Of a stretch of 64,000 nucleotides of DNA, positions 57,610-64,000 are shown in pieces (positions within the stretch are counted from its first letter, which is position 1; each line of letters opens with the position of its first letter). The stretch lies in IMG/VR virus record IMGVR_UViG_3300042940_001739; one strand, given 5' to 3'. This DNA comes from a virus (taxonomy: Duplodnaviria; Heunggongvirae; Uroviricota; Caudoviricetes). The position numbers were made by a program, and so were the translations under genes. Below the pieces are notes generated by a model. The model was not told where the DNA came from. It saw only the letters and a list, made by a program, of their open reading frames with translations, and made no database searches.

Positions 57610-57815
57610 TAGAACACCCCCATCTAGATAGTGGTGCTAATATATGTTTTTCTAGCGCGGGAAGATTTTTTGCTGAGGGAGAAGACTCTTTATTGTATAT
57701 GGCGGTGCCATAGAGCTATTATTAATATATAGTACGTTTCGGAGCCTCCCTACGCTAACGCTTCAGTCAGCACCTCACGTAGCCACCAAATTAACGATCT
57801 CCGATATTTATTAAT

Positions 57816-58310
57816 ATGATAAAGATGAAACACATCCTGCAGGAAATTGGAGAAGCTACGTTAGAGCCATATGCATATCGCATCAACTTCACAATAAACC
57901 AAGCACACTTTCGCACAGATGCAGCAACCCAATACGAAGTTGACTTTCGTACGGACGTCCAGGGTGTAATGGAAATACACTTTGCGGTAATAGATGATTC
58001 CGGAAGACCAGATCAATACACAGAAACAAATGAAGGGGTAACTTTGCGTGTTATGTCAACCATCACATCTATCATAAAAAAAGCAGTAGCGCGGTTATCC
58101 CCTCGCGAGATTGTAATATCAGCTGCTAAATCAGATCAACGTCGTATGCGTTTATATCGTCAATATATTGCTAAGCATTTAACGGGCTATGACGAAGTGG
58201 CATCTGATGCGGCTTGGTCTACATATAAAAAGACTCCTAAATTTGATTTAATGGGAATATGGAAGCGAAGCACACAATATGATGCTACGGGAATCAAGGA
58301 TGCACAATGA
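57816..58310 (+). CDS. CTS-family protein 1 (MIKMKHILQE...), hypothetical
   Basis: N-terminal MIxxKxILxE. C-terminal QYDATGIKDAQ shared with the next gene. Class III motif abuts the ATG. Confidence 0.45.
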   Translation: MIKMKHILQEIGEATLEPYAYRINFTINQAHFRTDAATQYEVDFRTDVQGVMEIHFAVIDDSGRPDQYTETNEGVTLRVMSTITSIIKKAVARLSPREIVISAAKSDQRRMRLYRQYIAKHLTGYDEVASDAAWSTYKKTPKFDLMGIWKRSTQYDATGIKDAQ

Positions 58311-58747
58311 TACGATTAGCATCTTTATTAGCGGAATCGGTCAGCATGCTCACAGCAACACAACGCATTGAGTCATTGCCACGTGGCACCATATTTTCAG
58401 ATGCTAAAAATATAACAAGCATTTTTGCGACTAGTAGATATGCATGGAATCAAGTAGCGGCTGCTGTCGACACCAACGCTGCGGATGGTCGAATGCGATC
58501 GGTAAGTATTCAAGACATACACATAACACAACCAAACATTCAAAGCAGCAAAGTCGTACAGATTCTGCGCAGATTACCCGAGTTGCCCGCTATACGCGTC
58601 GCGCAATTTGCAGATGGTTCGTTAGCTATCGCGGATGGCCATCATCGTCTTGTAGCCAATTGGGCATTAGGAAACCAACGCGTCCAAGTAATAATCGTGC
58701 CAGCATCATCACAATATGATTGGACGGGTATAAAGGATAAACCATGA
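58307..58747 (+). CDS. CTS-family protein 2 (MIRLASLLAE...) with ParB/Srx-like nuclease motif
   Basis: LAIADGHHRLVANWA (DGHHR motif of the ParB-like nuclease domain). C-terminal QYDWTGIKDKP. Confidence 0.45.
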   Translation: MIRLASLLAESVSMLTATQRIESLPRGTIFSDAKNITSIFATSRYAWNQVAAAVDTNAADGRMRSVSIQDIHITQPNIQSSKVVQILRRLPELPAIRVAQFADGSLAIADGHHRLVANWALGNQRVQVIIVPASSQYDWTGIKDKP

Positions 58748-59358
58748 TTAGATTAAAGGATTTATTAGCGGAAATCTCTCTGGGGAGCGTGACACCGTAC
58801 GCGACCCAATTTGTATGGCAGGACAATTGGGGCGACGCAGAATCATTCGAAGCAAAGTTTGAGGCCGATTCCCAGCCCATCACCATGACCATGACCAAAT
58901 GGAAACACAGTCAGCACGGAGACACCGGAGAATGGCAATTTGCTTATTTTGTTCGTAGCAAAGACGGTGAAGGTTGGACAACCACTACTCGCCAATCAGC
59001 GGCTCAAGGCGAATTAAACACATTTCGTCTTTTCAAGACAATAGGTGAAGCAATTCGCGATTTTGCCAATACGCAGCCCGGAGTGGATGTGATTGATGTT
59101 AGCGGAAGCGACACATATGACGCCAAGGGCGCACAAAAAACTAGAATATACACGGAATTGTTGCAAAGCAACTCTGACTTAGCAGCATTCAAAGTAGTGC
59201 AAGGGGCAACTCGTTTATTCCTGGTTCGCAAGACAGCAGGAGCGCAGCCTGATGCTACTGGTATTGAAGATGCTGATGATTATTGGACACCCGATGGAAG
59301 TGAGGATGCCACTCAATGGCGTGCTAATCGCGATGGCTCACAAACTGCATCATTTTAA
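58744..59358 (+). CDS. CTS-family protein 3 (MIRLKDLLAE...), hypothetical
   Basis: Shared N-terminus. C-terminal region contains DATGIEDAD. Confidence 0.45.
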   Translation: MIRLKDLLAEISLGSVTPYATQFVWQDNWGDAESFEAKFEADSQPITMTMTKWKHSQHGDTGEWQFAYFVRSKDGEGWTTTTRQSAAQGELNTFRLFKTIGEAIRDFANTQPGVDVIDVSGSDTYDAKGAQKTRIYTELLQSNSDLAAFKVVQGATRLFLVRKTAGAQPDATGIEDADDYWTPDGSEDATQWRANRDGSQTASF

Positions 59359-59370
59359 AACAAGGAAATT

Positions 59371-59901
59371 ATGATACGTTTAAAACGATTGCTTCATGAA
59401 TGGACGGGAGAATCATGGACATCTTGTCGACAATGGGCTTCACAACGCGGCAAGTACTTGGGCAGTGAAGAGGGCGTGTATGTAGGCGTCGAACTAACTA
59501 CTACACAATTTCAACTTACCTATGTAGGACCTGGGGTTGGAATTAGTCTTGCCCATGCAAAGGGTGGCACGGGCGATACATTGCATCAACTTTTCAATGT
59601 ATTGATTTGTGAAATTAATCCATGGTTAGCTGACAACAAGATTCGTCCTAACATTGCTGACATCACAACTAGATGCTCTGCACGCGATGCGGACTTTGAA
59701 TTGGTTATACAAGTACCACTTGAGCCGTCGGATCGCCCATGGCAAATGAATCATCGAGGTGGATGGGGACATGATCCTGGTGTAGGAGCAGTTAAATCTG
59801 CTTCGCCTGATACACCTGATCGTGAAATTGCTACTGAAATCACCATGATACCGAATGGTGGCGGGAAAATCACAACGCACTTTGCTGTATTCCCAATGTA
59901 A
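59371..59901 (+). CDS. CTS-family protein 4 (MIRLKRLLHE...), hypothetical
   Basis: Shared N-terminus. Confidence 0.45.
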   Translation: MIRLKRLLHEWTGESWTSCRQWASQRGKYLGSEEGVYVGVELTTTQFQLTYVGPGVGISLAHAKGGTGDTLHQLFNVLICEINPWLADNKIRPNIADITTRCSARDADFELVIQVPLEPSDRPWQMNHRGGWGHDPGVGAVKSASPDTPDREIATEITMIPNGGGKITTHFAVFPM

Positions 59902-59981
59902 ACGGATGTAGCCCTGAAAGGGGTTACGAACGTACTATGTTTTACAACGTACTATATTTATTTTTAAATTGCAAGGAAACA

Positions 59982-60506
59982 ATGATCAAACTAAAATCAA
60001 TACTTAAAGAAGGTTTTGCGTGGGAACGTGAACCTGGTAAGCCTTTACCTACCTTAGAACAAACAACTGCGGCATACGCTGCCAAAATGGGTGAACAAAG
60101 CGCTGAGCAACCTCTCTCTAATCCAATGGAAACGCCACTAAAAGAATCTGATGATATCTTTGATGAAATTGCTGATGAATTAGGAATCTCTTCAGAAGAA
60201 TTTGATTCAGCTTTAAATAAATCAATGGCTGAGCTAGATATCATTGAAAAAATATATATGAGTGATCATTATACAAAAGCAGAAGCAATGAGTATGATTG
60301 CTGATATGCTTGATGTTGATATCAATGAAGCTGCTGATGGTGTTAAACCTGATTACATTGATGCTGATGGCGATGGTGATGAAGAAGAGTCAATGAAACA
60401 AGCATTTGTTGACAAAGAAGATATGAACGAGTCATTTGCACGTCGTTTAATGGGTAACCTTAAAGGGTCTGAACATATTTTAACGGAAACGTTTAAACGT
60501 AAATAA
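59982..60506 (+). CDS. CTS-family protein 5 (MIKLKSILKE...), acidic
   Basis: Shared N-terminus. The track start of 59937 is probably too early (aaggaaacaATG favoured). Confidence 0.45.
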   Translation: MIKLKSILKEGFAWEREPGKPLPTLEQTTAAYAAKMGEQSAEQPLSNPMETPLKESDDIFDEIADELGISSEEFDSALNKSMAELDIIEKIYMSDHYTKAEAMSMIADMLDVDINEAADGVKPDYIDADGDGDEEESMKQAFVDKEDMNESFARRLMGNLKGSEHILTETFKRK

Positions 60507-60536
60507 AGAGCGTCTGCTACCTTAGACGGTATAGTT

Positions 60537-60569
60537 AAGAGCTTGGGGTTTCGACCTCGAGCTTTTTTT
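60537..60569 (+). terminator. Rho-independent terminator (gagcttggggt-ttcg-acctcgagc + T7)
   Basis: Hairpin plus T7. Confidence 0.5.
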
Positions 60570-60661
60570 GTGTCCCATATTTATTAATATAATAAGTTAT
60601 TTCTTTTAAGTTGGGAGGCCAACAATGTTATTAGTTTAGTTTTAATTTAAAGGAAATAGCT

Positions 60662-60811
60662 ATGGCAGCAAAAAAAGTAAACAGCAATAGTGCAAAGATG
60701 CATATCTCGAAACCGAAGGTTAAAAGACCTGGAGTTCATGCTAAAACTAAAACAAGTAGAAGCAAGAATGCAACTAATTATACTAAGGCATATGTAAGTC
60801 AAGGAAAATGA
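60662..60811 (+). CDS. Small very basic protein (49 aa, Lys/Arg/Ser/Thr-rich)
   Basis: MAAKKVNSNSAKMHISKPKVKRPGVHAKTKTSRSKNATNYTKAYVSQGK. ATGA overlap with the next gene. Below the track cut-off. Confidence 0.35.
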   Translation: MAAKKVNSNSAKMHISKPKVKRPGVHAKTKTSRSKNATNYTKAYVSQGK

Positions 60812-62187
60812 TAAAATTAAGATCTATATTAAACGAAATTATTACTGAGAAAACATCAGATAAGAAACTTCGAGTATTGTTTGTTGGTGATTCACAAACT
60901 GCAGCAGATTGGAGTTATGCTCGTATATTAGTACGATCTAAACAAATTGATGGAACGATTGTTGCTAAAAATGGAGCTTCAACATCTGCTATTTTAACAA
61001 TGCTTCAAAATAGCTTATCTGATAAGTATGATATTGTATCAATAATGGGTGGTGGTAATGATGGCGCTTCAAAATCGCCAGTAAATGCTATTAGAAATTT
61101 TGAAACAATGTTTGATATGGTACGTAACGTTGGAGCAAAATTAGTTGTTATAACTAATCCAACAAAAGATTTTGTTACTCCTGGAGATGCTTATTATAGA
61201 AAAGGCGGATACCCAGCTAACGATAAAATATCAGATTGGCTTCAAACTCAAACGTCTGCAGATGTTATAATTGATACTGGAGATTTCACGGAAATTGATT
61301 TTACAAAAGATCACGTTCATTTAGATTCGGACGCTCACAAAAAAATTGCAAGTCAATGGAAACGTCAAGTATTAGATTTAATTGATGTGGATTCAACCAA
61401 AGAAATTAAACCAGAAGACACTGCATTATTGCAAGTAGGCGATAAAGGTCCTGATGTTTTTAAAATGCAATCTGCTTTAATTAAATTAGGATATTCAGTT
61501 GGCCGCGAAGGTGTTGATGGTATTTTCGGCCCTCATACAAAAAGTGGATTAATTAAATTCCAACATGACATTACACAAGACCCAACCGGGAAATTAGATA
61601 CAATAACAAAAAATATTTTATTTAAAAAAGCTGGAGAAATTGGAACTGACACATCTGCGGGCGAAGAAGACACTGATATGTCATTAGCTTCATTGATTGG
61701 AATAGGATCAATATCAGGTGCAAATTATTCAGATCCAATATTAAAGCAAGCCGCAGCTTTGTTGGCTGGTTTTGAAGGATTCCGTTCTGAAGCTTATTGG
61801 GATGTTAATAATTGGAGAATTGGATACGGAAGTAGCACGGTAACTGATGCATCTGGTAACATTGAACATTTATCTGCAGATAGATCAGAAAAACCTGATA
61901 TAACTGTTACTAAGGAAGATGGAATTCGAGATTTATCACGTAGGCTGTCTGACGAGTTTATTCCGAAAGTATTACAACATGCAGACGGATTAAATAAAGG
62001 TACTGTTTCAGCATTAGTATCAATTGCATATAATTATGGTAGTTTACCTAGCAATGTTATCAGTGCAATGAAAACAAAAAATATAAATGATATTGCACAA
62101 GCAGTATTACAATTAAAATCACATAACGGCGGCATCAATGCAAAACGAAGACAAAAAGAAGCTGCTTACATATTAAATAGTAAATAA
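60808..62187 (+). CDS. CTS-family protein 6: multidomain SGNH/GDSL hydrolase + peptidoglycan-binding domain + GH24 (T4-lysozyme-like) muramidase
   Basis: MIKLRSILNE N-terminus. GDSL block I VLFVGDSQT and block V DHVHLDSDAH. PG_binding_1 repeat (LQVGDKGPDVFKMQSALIKLGYSVGREGVDGIFGPHTKSGLIKFQ). Lysozyme motif GFEGFRSEAYWDVNNWRIGYGS. Confidence 0.55.
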   Translation: MIKLRSILNEIITEKTSDKKLRVLFVGDSQTAADWSYARILVRSKQIDGTIVAKNGASTSAILTMLQNSLSDKYDIVSIMGGGNDGASKSPVNAIRNFETMFDMVRNVGAKLVVITNPTKDFVTPGDAYYRKGGYPANDKISDWLQTQTSADVIIDTGDFTEIDFTKDHVHLDSDAHKKIASQWKRQVLDLIDVDSTKEIKPEDTALLQVGDKGPDVFKMQSALIKLGYSVGREGVDGIFGPHTKSGLIKFQHDITQDPTGKLDTITKNILFKKAGEIGTDTSAGEEDTDMSLASLIGIGSISGANYSDPILKQAAALLAGFEGFRSEAYWDVNNWRIGYGSSTVTDASGNIEHLSADRSEKPDITVTKEDGIRDLSRRLSDEFIPKVLQHADGLNKGTVSALVSIAYNYGSLPSNVISAMKTKNINDIAQAVLQLKSHNGGINAKRRQKEAAYILNSK

Positions 62188-62196
62188 AGGTAGAAA

Positions 62197-62571
62197 ATGT
62201 TTGAAAAATTAATATCAACACTAATGGCATCACGTGATCAAGCACATGTTTTTCATTGGCAAACAACTGGTGCAGGATCTTTTGCTGCACATAAAGCATT
62301 AGGTAAATATTATGATGCAATACCTGATATGATTGATGCATTAGTAGAAGCATATCAAGGTAAATATGGTATCCTTAAAGGATTTGCGCCGGCGGAAAAA
62401 TTTGATGAATATAGTCAAGCTACAGCGCTTAAGTATTTTAAAGGATTAGCCACATTCATTGATCGTGCTTACGATAAACTAGATCCTAAAGACACAAACA
62501 TTATCAACCAATTAGATACATTCAAAGATTTAATATATACAACAATATATAAATTAGAAAATTTACAGTAA
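62197..62571 (+). CDS. Hypothetical protein
   Basis: ORF only. Confidence 0.3.
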   Translation: MFEKLISTLMASRDQAHVFHWQTTGAGSFAAHKALGKYYDAIPDMIDALVEAYQGKYGILKGFAPAEKFDEYSQATALKYFKGLATFIDRAYDKLDPKDTNIINQLDTFKDLIYTTIYKLENLQ

Positions 62572-63113
62572 TGAATATTTTTGATATCAACAACCCTCGA
62601 CACAAACAAATCCTTAAGGAAGAGATAGCACGTGCTAAGCGTCTTATGGAACAATCTTATAGTGCTGACCGCATTTGGGATTTAATGACACCTGAAGATC
62701 GTAAGGAAGCGTTATACGTAGCCAAAGAACCAAATCCAGACGCATTACTCAATGTTACTTGGGATGAAGTTCCAGCAGACACACAAGATTTAATTGATTT
62801 AGATCCATATCGTTTAGCTCGTACAGATCAAGGCGGTGGCTCAATGTTGCGAGGAACTGCTTATGCTGTTAAACAAAATCCAATTGCTGAGCCGTTTGTG
62901 AAAAAGTTTTTAGAAAAAGTTGGTCGCGCTGAGTTAACTGATTTAACTGTTGATCAAGCATATAAATTGAACATAGCAGTATGGCAATATATAAATTCAA
63001 AAAAGCCAGCAGCAGCTCCTAGACCAGAAACACCTACATCACCAGATTTTGATCCATATGATAGAGAAAATCCATCACGTGGATATATGGGTGCAATTTA
63101 CCGCGGAGATTAA
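62571..63113 (+). CDS. Hypothetical protein
   Basis: ORF only. ATGA overlap. Confidence 0.3.
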   Translation: MNIFDINNPRHKQILKEEIARAKRLMEQSYSADRIWDLMTPEDRKEALYVAKEPNPDALLNVTWDEVPADTQDLIDLDPYRLARTDQGGGSMLRGTAYAVKQNPIAEPFVKKFLEKVGRAELTDLTVDQAYKLNIAVWQYINSKKPAAAPRPETPTSPDFDPYDRENPSRGYMGAIYRGD

Positions 63114-63115
63114 CA

Positions 63116-63310
63116 ATGAAAACAGACTTCATACGTATTATATCAATTAGTTCAGATGCGTCTGAGTCTGTACATTATGTGAATCAATCTCATATACAAC
63201 AAATTTATGAGAAAAAAGGTAAAATTGTTATCGAACTTACTAGTTATGATACAATTGAAACTGCAGGCTACACTTTAGATGCATTTATGGAGCGTTTTAT
63301 TAAAGTGTGA
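63116..63310 (+). CDS. Hypothetical small protein
   Basis: ORF only. Confidence 0.25.
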   Translation: MKTDFIRIISISSDASESVHYVNQSHIQQIYEKKGKIVIELTSYDTIETAGYTLDAFMERFIKV

Positions 63311-63347
63311 TATTTATTAATATATTTATAAACAAATAAAGGTTAAT

Positions 63348-63533
63348 ATGACATCACAAGAAATCTATGAAGCAATGGAAGCACATTGGTTAACATTTAA
63401 AGAAAACCATGATCGCTTTCAAGAAAAACAAGTTAAAGCTGCAGGCGTTAGAGCTCGCAAATCAATTAATGAGATGAAAAAATTAGTTAGCAAATATCGT
63501 TCAACTCAATTAGCAGAAGCAAAAGCAGCATAA
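63348..63533 (+). CDS. Hypothetical small protein
   Basis: Class III motif gatatttattaatat 25 nt upstream. Confidence 0.3.
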   Translation: MTSQEIYEAMEAHWLTFKENHDRFQEKQVKAAGVRARKSINEMKKLVSKYRSTQLAEAKAA

Positions 63534-64000
63534 TGGAAACTAAATATAATATACAACAAACTTTACGCACACTAATTGCTGAACAAGCAACTGGGCCAGC
63601 AAAAGTTACCGACAACGCTCCGAAAGATGCAGTAGACTCACCATTTACGCCAGCAGAAGAAAAGTTTTTAGGTAAATTTGATGCATATGGTTCGCGTCAT
63701 TTAGGTATATTATATTCTCCTAGCGATGCTGGGGTTCGTGAATTCATAACAAGAAGTGGAGCTGATTTGAATATCACTCCAGGAATTCTTTTAAGTTTAA
63801 TACGACATAACATTATTAAAGTAGTTCCATATACCGGATTCGGAAGAAATACTGATTATACATTGGAATTGCAATTATCATTAGATGATGTTGCTGGATT
63901 AGGCGACGCAGATAAAGAAAAAGCTCAGGTAGGAGCCGCAGGTGGTGGCGCTGCTCCTACTCCTGGTGCCGAAGAAACACCTCCAGCTCCACCAGCACCG
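63533..64000 (+). CDS. Hypothetical protein, 3'-partial (runs off window)
   Basis: Open frame from ATG 63533 to the window end. Ala/Pro-rich at the end. Confidence 0.35.
   Translation, partial: METKYNIQQTLRTLIAEQATGPAKVTDNAPKDAVDSPFTPAEEKFLGKFDAYGSRHLGILYSPSDAGVREFITRSGADLNITPGILLSLIRHNIIKVVPYTGFGRNTDYTLELQLSLDDVAGLGDADKEKAQVGAAGGGAAPTPGAEETPPAPPAP

Overview
This is an AT-rich, tightly packed 64-kb stretch in which essentially every credible gene lies on the + strand. Many stop/start overlaps are of the ATGA type, there are strong intergenic promoter motifs, and rho-independent terminators follow several genes. That architecture fits a large virulent bacteriophage, and the window appears to cover an accessory, early and nucleotide-metabolism region: no capsid, portal or terminase gene is recognisable. 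The host is inferred to be a Bacteroidota (Flavobacteriia-like) bacterium, because two encoded proteins end in type IX secretion (T9SS) C-terminal sorting domains (type A at 11415..13337, type B at 34846..36897). One promoter class also fits the Bacteroidetes sigma-A -33/-7 pattern. Recognisable content: SPFH protein and Cas4-like nuclease (1-1.9 kb); a seven-gene glycosyltransferase/methyltransferase cluster (2.5-9.4 kb); a lysis cassette with a GH19 endolysin (9.5-11.4 kb); a block of signal-peptide/secreted proteins including a C-type-lectin-domain protein and a small HExxH protein (11.4-18.6 kb); a nucleotidyltransferase-domain protein; ClpS-like and UVR-motif proteins; an HNH endonuclease; a CobS/CobT-like AAA+/vWA pair; full-length GroEL (no GroES seen); a T4-like tRNA-repair trio (HAD phosphatase, P-loop kinase, RNA ligase); thymidylate synthase; a hot-dog thioesterase; five tRNA genes (Leu-TAG, Glu-TTC, initiator Met, Leu-TAA, Met/Ile-CAT); two metallophosphoesterases; an SLT transglycosylase; an ATP-dependent DNA ligase; a 1.2-kb non-coding control region with a ~13-copy iteron array and a promoter-driven GC-rich candidate ncRNA (49.8-51.0 kb); an early-type module (51.0-57.5 kb) of about 17 small genes, each behind a copy of a bipartite promoter AGATTAGGAT-N15-CTTATCTTTA, which also encodes a sigma-70-family factor and a P-loop ATPase; and, after a G/C-homopolymer and G-quadruplex-like spacer, a compositionally distinct cassette (57.8-62.2 kb) of six paralogous genes. 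All six begin with the same MI(R/K)LKxLLxE N-terminal peptide, which matches a T4-style capsid-targeting / prohead-protease (L/I)xE cleavage signal. The last of them is a multidomain SGNH-hydrolase / peptidoglycan-binding / GH24-lysozyme protein. Three distinct upstream motif classes (putative early, middle and late promoters) are visible. The window starts inside a perfect 52-bp palindrome. I cannot run searches; all calls are from motif recognition by eye.
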